Source: an uncultured Eisenbergiella sp. (lineage in GTDB: Bacteria; Bacillota; Clostridia; Lachnospirales; Lachnospiraceae). From it: 64,000 nucleotides of DNA. The notes beneath the pieces are model-generated. The model did no database searches. It saw only the letters and a program-made list of their open reading frames with translations, and was not told where the DNA came from. The translations under genes and the position numbers were made by a program. This document shows positions 1 through 11,806 of the stretch, piece after piece (position 1 is the first letter of the stretch; every line of letters starts with the position of its first letter). The DNA lies in NCBI GenBank assembly GCA_947598825.1, contig CANQFM010000012.1:1041-65040 (forward strand), in the 5' to 3' direction.

Positions 1-759
1 CAGGATGTGCGCCTGATCGGCATCATGCAGAAATATGGGCTGAAAGGGACGTTCAATTTAAATAGCGGGAATTATGCGCCGGAAGGGACCGTGTACCCGG
101 CGGGCACCATCCATCGCCGGATGGACAGGGCGCATGTGGACGCGCTGTATCGGGACAGCGGCATGGAGGTGGCGGTGCATGGGCTGACGCATCCGTTTCT
201 GGAGCAACTGCCTGTGAACCAGTGTACCAGGGAGGTGCTGCAGGATCGGGAAAATCTGGAAGCGCAGTTTCATACCATCGTCCGGGGGATGGCCTATCCC
301 TTCGGCACTTTCAGCGATCAGGTGGTGGATTGTCTGAAAGCCTGCGGCATCGTGTATTCCAGGACGGTGATCTCTTCCGGGCGGTTTGACATTCCCCGGG
401 ACTGGCTGCGGCTGGAAGCTACCTGCCATCACAATGATCCCCGCCTGATGGATCTGGCGAAGAAATTCGTAGAGGAAAAATCTTCCGAACCCAGATTGTT
501 TTATTTGTGGGGCCATAGCTATGAGTTTGAGGCCAACGACAACTGGAACGTGATCGAGGACTTCGCGGCCTATATGGGAGGCCGGGAAGAGATCTGGTAT
601 GCCACTAACATTGAGATCTATGACTATGTGGACGCTTACAAACGGCTGACTTTCAGCACGGACGGACGGCTTGTCCATAATCCGACGGCGTATCCGCTGT
701 ATTTTACGACGGCGAAAGGGGATTTTTGCGTGAAGCCGGGAGAAACGCTTAAGCTATAA
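1..759 (+). CDS. Polysaccharide deacetylase (CE4/NodB-like) family protein, 5'-truncated by the window edge
   Basis: Frame open from base 1 (QDVRLIGIMQKYGLKGTFNLNSG). Motifs EVAVHGLTHP (H-x3-H), RGMAYPFG and LFYLWGHSYEF. Close paralog at 22449-23261. Confidence 0.85.
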   Translation, partial: QDVRLIGIMQKYGLKGTFNLNSGNYAPEGTVYPAGTIHRRMDRAHVDALYRDSGMEVAVHGLTHPFLEQLPVNQCTREVLQDRENLEAQFHTIVRGMAYPFGTFSDQVVDCLKACGIVYSRTVISSGRFDIPRDWLRLEATCHHNDPRLMDLAKKFVEEKSSEPRLFYLWGHSYEFEANDNWNVIEDFAAYMGGREEIWYATNIEIYDYVDAYKRLTFSTDGRLVHNPTAYPLYFTTAKGDFCVKPGETLKL

Positions 760-793
760 GCCCAAAAGAAAGATCTGGAGAGGAGTTTTTTGA

Positions 794-3763
<2,970 letters not shown>

Positions 3764-3776
3764 GAGACGGGAAAAA

Positions 3777-3808
3777 AATCTCTGCCGGGCTATGACCCGG
3801 CAGAGATT
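3777..3808. terminator. Intrinsic terminator hairpin between convergent GH2 and GH43 genes
   Basis: Perfect 13-bp arms AATCTCTGCCGGG/CCCGGCAGAGATT with a 6-nt loop. The A-tract at 3772-3778 gives a U-tail on the minus strand. Confidence 0.8.
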
Positions 3809-3823
3809 CCTGGAGGAACAAGT

Positions 3824-4756
3824 TCATTCTATCGCGTCCACGCCGTCGCATTTTTCAATGGTACTGATAGAGCCGTCTTGGTTGTAGGTAAATTCCGCCA
3901 CGCAGACGGAACGGTGGAACAGGCTCCCTCCGGGAAGCTCCCCGGTATGATAAAACAGATAGGAATGCCCCTTAAAGTCGGCGATTCCGGGGTGATTGGT
4001 AAAGACGCCGCCTTCCTCCGTCATCAGGACGCCGCCGTATTTCCATGGCCCTGTGGGGGTTGGAGCCGTCGAATAGGCAAGATGCTCGTTGTGCCCTTTC
4101 CCTTCGGCAAATGCGGCATATACCATATAATAGATCCCGTTGCGCTTATAAAACCAGGGGCCTTCCCCATAAGAAGTCCCGGTCATATGGCCGCCCTTCG
4201 CAAAGGATTCCTCGGTCATGGGGATCCTGACGATGCCGATCTCTTCATTATAGGAGATCATATCCTCATTCAGCAGGACATAGCGAAGCTCCGGGTTGCC
4301 AAAGTAAAGATATGCCTGGCCGTCGTCATCGATAAAGACCGTAGGATCGATGTCGTTCCAGTCGCCCTCGTCGATCAGGGGCTTGCCGATATCCCGGAAA
4401 GGCCCTGCCGGATGATCGGAAACCCCGACCGCGATCGCCATTCCGCCGTCCTTTTTATGTACCGGACAGTAAAGATAAAATTTGCCGTTGCGTTCTGCCG
4501 CCTGGGGCGCCCAGGCGCGGTCGTCCGCCCATGGGATATCCTCCAGGGAAAAGACTTTGCCGTGATCCGTCCAGTGGACCATATCCCTGGTGGAGAAACA
4601 GCGCCAGTCCACCATCGTATAAAAGTCGTTTACCAGTTCGTCTTCGTCATGGGTGGTATAAAGCCAAAGCGTATCGCCCAGGACCATGGGCGCCGGGTCG
4701 GCGGTGTAGATAGACTGGATGATCGGATTTTTTCCTCTCTTTTTTGCGTGTTCCAT
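3824..4756 (-). CDS. GH43 arabinofuranosidase/xylosidase (XynD-like catalytic domain only, no CBM or signal peptide)
   Basis: YTADPAPMV (base Asp), WAPQA, NDIDPTVFIDDDG (pKa Asp), YGEGPW (acid Glu), TNHPGI, HRSVCV. Confidence 0.88.
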   Translation of the reverse strand: MEHAKKRGKNPIIQSIYTADPAPMVLGDTLWLYTTHDEDELVNDFYTMVDWRCFSTRDMVHWTDHGKVFSLEDIPWADDRAWAPQAAERNGKFYLYCPVHKKDGGMAIAVGVSDHPAGPFRDIGKPLIDEGDWNDIDPTVFIDDDGQAYLYFGNPELRYVLLNEDMISYNEEIGIVRIPMTEESFAKGGHMTGTSYGEGPWFYKRNGIYYMVYAAFAEGKGHNEHLAYSTAPTPTGPWKYGGVLMTEEGGVFTNHPGIADFKGHSYLFYHTGELPGGSLFHRSVCVAEFTYNQDGSISTIEKCDGVDAIE

Positions 4757-4855
4757 GTTTCCCCCTTTTCTCCCTTGATATGAGCGTATGCGGGCCGTCG
4801 CCTGCGGATCCCCGATAGGCAGCCGTGCCCCGAGGTCTGGCGCTTTTTTCAGGTA

Positions 4856-4877
4856 TGATATATAATGAATTATATCA
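4856..4877. promoter_or_regulatory. Palindrome TGATATA-N8-TATATCA overlapping a TATAAT -10 box upstream of the nucleoside phosphorylase
   Basis: 7-bp perfect arms, with TATAAT at 4861-4866. Confidence 0.45.
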
Positions 4878-4996
4878 CAAGAATGACGGGACAGGAAGCG
4901 TTGGTTTTCGCTTGATAGAAGAATATGTCCGTAACAGAGGACGCATATGCCGGTATGCCGTAAATGGATTGACGGCTTTGGAAAGGAGGAAACGGT

Positions 4997-5770
4997 ATGA
5001 TAACAGAAGCTTTTGACGATCAGTCACCGGCGATCATCAATCCGCAGATCCGGGAGGACGCGCCGCAAGTCGATGCGTGCATCCTGACTTTTTCACATAA
5101 GATCGAATCGTTTGTCCTGTCAAATTACGAATGCAGGCAGATTGCTTCTTTTTGGTTTGCGACGGGCAATACGCCTATCTATTGTCTGGATTATAAAGGA
5201 AAGAAATTTGCGTTCTATAAAACTTATGTGGGGGCCCCTGCCTGTGTGGGTTCTGTGGAGGATACCCTGGCGGAAATTAAGACCGATAAATACGTTGTAT
5301 TTGGCGGGGCAGGCTGCTTAAATAAGGAAATTGCGCATGGAAGGGTCATGATACCCACGCAGGCTTATCGGGATGAGGGGACTTCCTATCACTATGCGCC
5401 CGCGTCGGATTATATCGCCGTAAAAAATGCGGATATCATTGCCCGCTTTATGGAAGAAAACGGGATCCCTTATGTGAAAGGAAAGACGTGGACTACCGAT
5501 TCTTTCTACAGAGAGACGGTCAATAACTTTAACAGGCATAAAGCGGACGGTTGTATTTCGGTAGAAATGGAATGCGCCGCTCTGCAGGCAATGTGCGATT
5601 TCAGAGGGTTGAATTTGTATATGTTTTTTACCAGCGGCGATCTGCTGGACGCACCCAAATGGGACAGCCGACGAAAAGAAGGGCAGACAAAAGGCACCCA
5701 GCACGATGTGGGGCATTTTGATATCGCGTTGGAACTGGCGCGGTATGTTGTGGACCAGCAGGAGGAGTGA
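4997..5770 (+). CDS. Nucleoside phosphorylase family protein (PNP/UDP family 1)
   Basis: AGGAGG RBS. YVGAPAC, FGGAGCL, AYRDEGTSYHY, WTTDSFYRET, SVEMECAAL, FTSGDLL. Confidence 0.85.
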   Translation: MITEAFDDQSPAIINPQIREDAPQVDACILTFSHKIESFVLSNYECRQIASFWFATGNTPIYCLDYKGKKFAFYKTYVGAPACVGSVEDTLAEIKTDKYVVFGGAGCLNKEIAHGRVMIPTQAYRDEGTSYHYAPASDYIAVKNADIIARFMEENGIPYVKGKTWTTDSFYRETVNNFNRHKADGCISVEMECAALQAMCDFRGLNLYMFFTSGDLLDAPKWDSRRKEGQTKGTQHDVGHFDIALELARYVVDQQEE

Positions 5771-5858
5771 GGAAAGAAAATCTGTAACCCCGCTCCCTGC
5801 ATCCGAAATGGACGGCGCGCATAGGATGAATAGAATAAAGCTTTGGCAGGAAAACGGC

Positions 5859-6395
5859 ATGGCGAACGTGTTGGCCCACCTTTCCAGTATCATCATCCCG
5901 GCGCTGATCTTTTATATCGTGGCTTATGGACTGGTGAACAAAAGCAATGTGTATGAGGACTTTATCCGGGGTGCGGCGGACGGCTTTAAAACGGTCGTTC
6001 AGATCATGCCGACGCTGGTGGGGCTGATGATGGCCGTGGGGATCCTGCGCGCTTCTGGTTTTCTGGATTTTCTCGGGAGGATTGCAGGACGTCTGACGGG
6101 GATCTTCGGGCTACCTGCGGATCTGGTGCCGCTCATTTTCATCAAGCTATTTTCTTCCTCGGCAGCCACCGGGCTGGTGCTGGATATTTTCAAAACCTAC
6201 GGCACGGATTCCCGGATGGGGTTGATCACTTCCATTATGATGAGCTGCACGGAGACCTGTTTTTATACCATGTCCGTTTATTTCATGGCGGCAAAGGTGA
6301 CCAAGACCCGCTACACGCTGGCCGGCGCGCTGAGCGCCACAGCGGCGGGCGTGGTCATGAGCGTGGTGATGGCGGGGATGATGGGAGGCGCGTAA
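5859..6395 (+). CDS. spmB: Spore maturation protein B (Gate-domain membrane protein)
   Basis: SSIIIPALI..YEDFIRGAADGFKTVVQIMPTLVGL, KLFSSSAATG, SCTETCFYTMSVYF, KTRYTL. Start placed at ATG 5859 rather than the longer ORF start. Confidence 0.85.
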   Translation: MANVLAHLSSIIIPALIFYIVAYGLVNKSNVYEDFIRGAADGFKTVVQIMPTLVGLMMAVGILRASGFLDFLGRIAGRLTGIFGLPADLVPLIFIKLFSSSAATGLVLDIFKTYGTDSRMGLITSIMMSCTETCFYTMSVYFMAAKVTKTRYTLAGALSATAAGVVMSVVMAGMMGGA

Positions 6396-6440
6396 GGGCA
6401 GGATCCCGGTAAATCCGGCGGGACGGATCTGCGATTGCTC

Positions 6441-6470
6441 TTGACAGTGGTACCTTCATCGGCATATGCT
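6441..6470 (+). promoter_or_regulatory. sigmaA-type promoter for the GH28 gene
   Basis: TTGACA-N18-TATGCT upstream of a GGAGG RBS. Confidence 0.6.
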
Positions 6471-6508
6471 TGGGTTAGAAGAGGGACGCTGTTTTTGGGA
6501 GGAGCAAC

Positions 6509-7762
6509 ATGCAGAGAGAATATTTTCCGGATCACACACCCATCGACGGATGGTTTTACGATCTTCATATCCCGGCGCTTTCGGAGCTGGGTACGCCATA
6601 TGTGCTGACGGAGTACGGGATCCTGGATGACGGGAAGATCCATACAGAACAGATCCAGAAGCTCATCGACACGGTCCATGAGGCCGGAGGCGGCGTGATC
6701 GTGGTGCCCAGGGGTACATATATGACCGGCTCGCTCTTTTTTAAACAGGGCGTGCATCTCTATGTGTCAGAGGGCGGCGTTTTAAAAGGAAGCGCCGATA
6801 TATGCGATTATGAGATCCGCACCACCAGGATCGAGGGGGAAAGCTGTCTTTATTTTACGGCGCTGATCAACGCCGACGGGGTGGATGGGTTTACGATGTG
6901 CGGTCCCGGGACCATAGACGGAAACGGGCTGAGATCCTGGAAAGCGTTCTGGCTGCGGCGGACCTGGAACCCTGCCTGCACCAACAAGGATGAGCAGCGT
7001 CCCCGCCTGGTATATCTTTCCCACAGCAAAAATGTGCTGGTGGCGCAGCTGCATCTGATCAATTCCCATTTCTGGACGAATCACATTTATAAATGCGACC
7101 ATGTGAAGTTCCTGGGATGCGATATTTTTTCCCCGGCGGCGCCTGTGAAAGCGCCCAGTACGGACGCGATCGACATCGACGCCTGTACCGATGTGCTTGT
7201 AAAAAACTGTTACATGGAAGTAAACGACGATGCCGTGGTGTTAAAGGGCGGAAAGGGCCCCTGGGCGGACAGCGCTGCGGAAAACGGCCCCAATGAACGG
7301 ATCCTGGTGGAAGACTGCGAGTATGGCTTCTGCCATGGCTGCCTCACCTGCGGGTCGGAGTCGGTGCATGACCGGAATATCTTCATCCGCCGGATACGCG
7401 TGCGGGAGGGGAAAAACCTCCTTTGGCTGAAAATGAGGCCGGACACGCCGCAGCATTACGAATATATCACGGTGGAGGCGGTAGAAGGACGGATCGAAAA
7501 CTTCCTCAATATCAATCCCTGGACGCAGTTTTTTGATCTGAAAGGACGGCAGGATATGCCTGTCTCTGTGGCGGATCACATCCGGATCGCTGACTGTCGC
7601 TGCGAATGTGGGACCTATTTTCAGGTAAAAAAAGAGGAGACGCAATATCTCCTCTCAGATTTCACCCTGGAAAATCTGCATATCAGGGCAAAACAAAATG
7701 GATTTACAGAAGATGCGATCCGCAATCTGTCGGTTACAAACGTGACGGTGGAGGAAGGCTGA
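6509..7762 (+). CDS. GH28 galacturonidase (pectin/rhamnogalacturonan hydrolase family), cytoplasmic
   Basis: GGGVIVVPRGTYMTGSLF, GPGTIDGNG, STDAIDID (NTD-like), NDDAVVLKGG (DD), CHGCLTCGSE (GHG-like). No signal peptide. Confidence 0.85.
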   Translation: MQREYFPDHTPIDGWFYDLHIPALSELGTPYVLTEYGILDDGKIHTEQIQKLIDTVHEAGGGVIVVPRGTYMTGSLFFKQGVHLYVSEGGVLKGSADICDYEIRTTRIEGESCLYFTALINADGVDGFTMCGPGTIDGNGLRSWKAFWLRRTWNPACTNKDEQRPRLVYLSHSKNVLVAQLHLINSHFWTNHIYKCDHVKFLGCDIFSPAAPVKAPSTDAIDIDACTDVLVKNCYMEVNDDAVVLKGGKGPWADSAAENGPNERILVEDCEYGFCHGCLTCGSESVHDRNIFIRRIRVREGKNLLWLKMRPDTPQHYEYITVEAVEGRIENFLNINPWTQFFDLKGRQDMPVSVADHIRIADCRCECGTYFQVKKEETQYLLSDFTLENLHIRAKQNGFTEDAIRNLSVTNVTVEEG

Positions 7763-7773
7763 CGAACCTGGCG

Positions 7774-8604
7774 TCAGGGCCGGAAGGAAAAGGTTCTGGA
7801 AAGCCATTGGATGCTCCATTCCATCCAGCGCGCATTGTAGGGATCTTCGGAATTGACTTCCTTCGTACAGACGGACATACCGTGGCCGCCTGTGGGAAAA
7901 ACATGCAGTTCAAAGGGAACCTTCGCCGCAGAAAGCGCCATGGCAAAGCGCAGGCTGTTTTCCACGGGAACGCTGCCGTCGGAAGCCGTGTGCCAGAGAA
8001 AGGCGGGCGGCGTATCCGCGTCCACATGCTGATCCAGGCCGAAGTAAGAATAACTCTCGCTGCCTTCGGCGCTGCCGCTGACGAGTTCGATGGAACCCTT
8101 ATGGGCGAAAGCATCAGCCAGGATCACCGGGTAGCCCAGGATCATGGCGTCCGGCCGGATCTGGTTGGGCTTTAAGGAAACGCTGCAGCGTACCCTGACG
8201 GCGTTTAAAAATCTTTCATCGTGATAGAGCGTGCCCAGAGAGGCAGCCAGGTGCCCGCCTGCGGAAAAGCCGCAGACGGCTATTTTTTTGGCGTCCAGCA
8301 TCCATTGATCCGCGTGGGACCGGATATGCCGTATGGCGCAGGCAAGCTGCCAGAGGGGCGTAAAATCTTTCGCGCCCTCCCCTGTGGTATAATCCAGCAA
8401 AAAAACATGATAGCCTGCGGCAAAGTAAGGCTTGGCGATGGGTTCCGCCTCCCGGGCGGAGACATAGGCGTAACCGCCGCCGGGACAGATCAGGACTGCC
8501 GGCAGCGGGCGGGGCTGGCAGCCGTCCATGTAGGGCTGGGTCTGGAGCCAGGCGGTCACGGTACAGCCCTCCGCGCCGGAGGGCTGAAAAGAAAAGCGTT
8601 CCAT
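7774..8604 (-). CDS. Alpha/beta-hydrolase carbohydrate (acetyl/feruloyl-like) esterase
   Basis: ICPGGGY oxyanion motif, GFSAGGHLA nucleophile elbow, DGSVPVENS (Asp), GGHGMS (His). AAGGAG RBS before ATG 8604. Confidence 0.85.
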   Translation of the reverse strand: MERFSFQPSGAEGCTVTAWLQTQPYMDGCQPRPLPAVLICPGGGYAYVSAREAEPIAKPYFAAGYHVFLLDYTTGEGAKDFTPLWQLACAIRHIRSHADQWMLDAKKIAVCGFSAGGHLAASLGTLYHDERFLNAVRVRCSVSLKPNQIRPDAMILGYPVILADAFAHKGSIELVSGSAEGSESYSYFGLDQHVDADTPPAFLWHTASDGSVPVENSLRFAMALSAAKVPFELHVFPTGGHGMSVCTKEVNSEDPYNARWMEWSIQWLSRTFSFRP

Positions 8605-8639
8605 AGCAATTCTCCTTTTACAGTAATTGGGCAGGACGG

Positions 8640-10181
8640 TCAGTCCCGATAGGAAAAGAAGTCGAAGTCCGCGCATTTGCGGCTGCCGCAGCCGCCGTTG
8701 TTGGCATAGATGCCAACCAGCGTCCCGGTATGCCGTTTGGGATCGTCAGGAACCCCTTCGTCGCACAGATAAATACAGTTTTCCAGGACGCCCGCTTCTT
8801 CCCAGGTTTGGCCGTCAAAGCTATAAGAAAAGGTACGGCGCAGCTTTTCCACCGTAACCTTCAGCCATACGGGGCCTGTAGGAATGTCCGGTATCTCGGC
8901 CGCCAGCTCTTCGCCGTGGTTGCGGTTGAGGACAAGCTGTAGCTTCCGGCCGCCCTGCCAGCAGAGGGAAAAGCGTACATAGGTGGCCGTACTGTAGTAG
9001 CAGGTCAGTCCGGCCTGTTCGCCGTTTAGGTCGGGATAAAATTCCAGCTTGGTAGAGGCTTCATAGGAAAGCTCTTGTTCCCGGCGCAGCAGCGTGTTCT
9101 TCGCCCGTATCTCAAAAAGCTGCCCGTCTCCCGTCCAGATGCGGCAGTACCCCGGCCGCTCCGTCAGGGAGAAATTGCCGTAGTCGGGCCTTCTGACAAA
9201 TTCCCAGTTTAAGTTCAGCCGTTCGCTGTCGAAGTCGTCCAACTGCCATTTGGGAAAGGGCGCGTCGGGCAGATCTGGCGCGGTCTGTTCTTCGCTGGGG
9301 CCTTTGCCGCCGTTGACGGTAAACCAGCCGTCCTCTGTCCACTGGACCGGATCAAGGCCGGATTCCCTTCCCACCGTGGTGTATTTGTGGGCGTTGGGAC
9401 GTCCCAGGAGGTAATAACACCACCAGCTTCCATCCGAAGCCTGTATCAGCTTGCCATGGCCGGAGCGCTGCAGCCTTGCCATGGGATCGAACTGACGCAT
9501 GACCGGATTGTAGGGGGAGTTTTCGTAGGGGCCGAACAAACTGCGGGAGCGGCCTACGTTGATGCCATGCCCATAGCCTGTGCCGCCCTCCGCCACGATG
9601 GCGTAGTACCAGCCGTCTTTTTTCAGAATATGGGGACCTTCGCTGCACCGTTCCCCGGTCCCGTCCCAGGCGTTGATCATTTCCCCGGCCACCCGGGTGC
9701 CGGTCTCATCCAGAGGCACCAGCTTGATGCCGGGAGCGATGACCATATAGTGCCTGCCGTCGTCGTCCACGAAATGAGAGGGGTCGATGTGATCCACCTC
9801 CAGCCAGGAGGGCTGGGAATAGGGGCCCTCCGGACGGCGGGAGGTCACCACCAACTGGCGGCGCAGGACATTGTGATCGGTCTTGCCGTCGCCGTTTAAG
9901 CGCAGCGTGGCGAATATGTAGAAGGTGCCGTTCACATAGGAAATGTCCGGCGCCCAGATGCCGTGGGAATCTTTGATCTCGCTCAGATCCAGCCAGTCCG
10001 GATTCGTGATGGCATGGCCGATGATCTCCCAGTGTACCATGTCCCGGGAGTGGGAAATGGGAATGGCGGGAAAATACTGGAAAGAGGAGTTGACCATGTA
10101 ATAGTCGTCCCCAACGCGGACGACCGAAGGATCCGGGAAAAATCCCCGCTGGACGGGATTTTGATAGGTTCTGGTATTCAT
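8640..10181 (-). CDS. GH43 beta-xylosidase/arabinofuranosidase with C-terminal beta-sandwich domain
   Basis: GFFPDPSVVR, WAPDI, IDPSHF, SEGPHI, GHGKL, GRES, then the RPGYCRI/LRREQ C-domain. GGAGG RBS before ATG 10181. Confidence 0.9.
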   Translation of the reverse strand: MNTRTYQNPVQRGFFPDPSVVRVGDDYYMVNSSFQYFPAIPISHSRDMVHWEIIGHAITNPDWLDLSEIKDSHGIWAPDISYVNGTFYIFATLRLNGDGKTDHNVLRRQLVVTSRRPEGPYSQPSWLEVDHIDPSHFVDDDGRHYMVIAPGIKLVPLDETGTRVAGEMINAWDGTGERCSEGPHILKKDGWYYAIVAEGGTGYGHGINVGRSRSLFGPYENSPYNPVMRQFDPMARLQRSGHGKLIQASDGSWWCYYLLGRPNAHKYTTVGRESGLDPVQWTEDGWFTVNGGKGPSEEQTAPDLPDAPFPKWQLDDFDSERLNLNWEFVRRPDYGNFSLTERPGYCRIWTGDGQLFEIRAKNTLLRREQELSYEASTKLEFYPDLNGEQAGLTCYYSTATYVRFSLCWQGGRKLQLVLNRNHGEELAAEIPDIPTGPVWLKVTVEKLRRTFSYSFDGQTWEEAGVLENCIYLCDEGVPDDPKRHTGTLVGIYANNGGCGSRKCADFDFFSYRD

Positions 10182-10252
10182 TTGGCCTCCCTGCTGCAGA
10201 CGCAGAAAAACGGCGCACGCCTCATGGAGAAGGGTCAGCCGGCGTGCGGCAG

Positions 10253-10294
10253 AAAATCCCATCCCGCGCGGCGAGCCGCACAGGATGGGATTTT
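10253..10294 (-). terminator. Terminator hairpin downstream of the SDR gene
   Basis: AAAATCCCATCC / GGATGGGATTTT 12-bp arms. A second GC hairpin with a T-tail lies at about 10206-10248 on the minus strand. Confidence 0.65.
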
Positions 10295-10361
10295 GGTTGA
10301 CTTGACAAAAGGGGCTGGTATCCGAAAATCGGCGGGATCCCGGCACAGCCCGGTACAGGGC

Positions 10362-11162
10362 TTACGGCCTCTGGCCCAGGCCGCCTTCCAGCGTCAGCGT
10401 CTCGCCGGTCATATATTTGAAGTCGGGAGAAGCCAACTGTACGCAGACGCGCCCGATCTCCAGCTCCGCATCGCCGAAATGGCCTGCGGGCGGCGTATGC
10501 ACGTTTGCCTTATAGGCGTCCGGATATGCCATCTGGAACTGCTCCAACTGGGAGGTCCATGCCAGCGGGCAGATGATATTGACGTTGATGCCGTCCTTCG
10601 CCCATTCGGTAGCCGCCACACGGGTCAGACCCCGGATCCCTTCCTTGGCCGCCGCGTATGCGCACTGTCCGTAGTTGCCGAACAGCCCCGCGCCGGAGGC
10701 GAAATTGATGACGGAACCTTTGGTCTCTTTCAGATGAGGGTAGCAGACCTTCATATAGTAAAAGGCGGCGTACAGACCGGAATAGAGCGCCAGGTCAAAC
10801 TGTTCCGTGGTGTGGTCCGCCAGCGTAACGCCGGAGGCGGAGGCCTGCGCGTTGTTGATCAGGACGTCGATGCGCCCGAAAGTTTCCATGGTCTTGTCCA
10901 CCACGTTCTGTACGACGGCCAGGTTGTCCGCGCCGGCGTTGACATCCGCCTGCAGGATCAGTACCTGAATGCCGTAAAGCCGTTCCAGTTCTTCTTTCGC
11001 GGCTTCCAGTTTCTTTACGTTGCGGCCTGTGATGACCAGATTCGCCCCTTCTTTGGCATAGGCGGTGGCGATGCCGTAGCCGATGGAGCCGCAGCGGCCG
11101 TCGCTTAAAACAGCGCGCCCGGCGCCGGTGATAATTGCGGTTTTACCGGTTAAAAAGCCCAT
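10362..11162 (-). CDS. Short-chain dehydrogenase, probable bile-acid 12alpha-hydroxysteroid dehydrogenase
   Basis: TGAGRAVLSDGRCGSIGYGIATAYAKEGA (inserted TGxG..G motif), NNAQASASG, YAAAKE (YxxxK), C-terminal GETLTLEGGLGQRP. As recalled, this closely resembles clostridial 12alpha-HSDHs. Confidence 0.78.
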   Translation of the reverse strand: MGFLTGKTAIITGAGRAVLSDGRCGSIGYGIATAYAKEGANLVITGRNVKKLEAAKEELERLYGIQVLILQADVNAGADNLAVVQNVVDKTMETFGRIDVLINNAQASASGVTLADHTTEQFDLALYSGLYAAFYYMKVCYPHLKETKGSVINFASGAGLFGNYGQCAYAAAKEGIRGLTRVAATEWAKDGINVNIICPLAWTSQLEQFQMAYPDAYKANVHTPPAGHFGDAELEIGRVCVQLASPDFKYMTGETLTLEGGLGQRP

Positions 11163-11313
11163 GAGAATTTCCTCCTCTTCCAGTGGTGTTTAAATCCTAT
11201 AATTCCATTATACTGCCGTTTTCTAAAAAGTAAATGAAATTTTGGTGAAAGTCATTGTAAAGTGGAACCGAATATTGTAACCTTTGAAAAAAGGTTTTTT
11301 CATGGGGGGAAAG

Positions 11314-11775
11314 ATGGATCAGCAGCTCATATTGCAGGTTGGGGGGATCGGGGCAGCCCTTTTGCTGTTTGCGATCCTCGCGTGGGCAGTCCTGCGCGCC
11401 GGCAGGAGGCATAGCCGCCAGGACAATTCTTTTGATCAGATGGAAGGACATGAATTTGAGCGGTTTTGCGCGCAGCTGTTAAAACAGCGCGGGTTTGTCG
11501 AGGTGGAGGTCACCCGGGGAAGCGGCGATTTCGGCGTGGATGTGCTGGCGGAGAAGGACGGCGTTACCTACGCCGTGCAGTGCAAACGTTATGACGCGCC
11601 GGTAGGCGTAAAGGCGGTGCAGGAGGCCTGCGCCGGGAGAGAGTATTATGACAGGATGGTGGGCGCGGTCATGACGAACCAGTATTTCACCCAGCCGGCG
11701 GTGGAGGCGGCGAAACGTCTGAAGATCCTGCTGTGGGACAGAGGCTATATGGAGTCTATGATGGAAGAAGAATAG
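11314..11775 (+). CDS. Mrr-type (type IV) restriction endonuclease catalytic domain with N-terminal transmembrane helix
   Basis: Hydrophobic ILQVGGIGAALLLFAILAWAVL, then EFERFCAQLL, GSGDFGVDVLA, VQCKRY (PD-(D/Q)xK), VMTNQYFT. Confidence 0.8.
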   Translation: MDQQLILQVGGIGAALLLFAILAWAVLRAGRRHSRQDNSFDQMEGHEFERFCAQLLKQRGFVEVEVTRGSGDFGVDVLAEKDGVTYAVQCKRYDAPVGVKAVQEACAGREYYDRMVGAVMTNQYFTQPAVEAAKRLKILLWDRGYMESMMEEE

Positions 11776-11806
11776 AGAAGAAGGGTCGGGAAAGGAGCGG
11801 TTTGGC

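Noticed and set aside
10362-11162. BaiA (3alpha-HSDH) or FabG assignment for the SDR
   Set aside because: It lacks the TGGTRGIG/NNAGI pattern and the bai or fab operon context. The inserted cofactor loop and NNAQASASG fit the 12alpha-HSDH group better.
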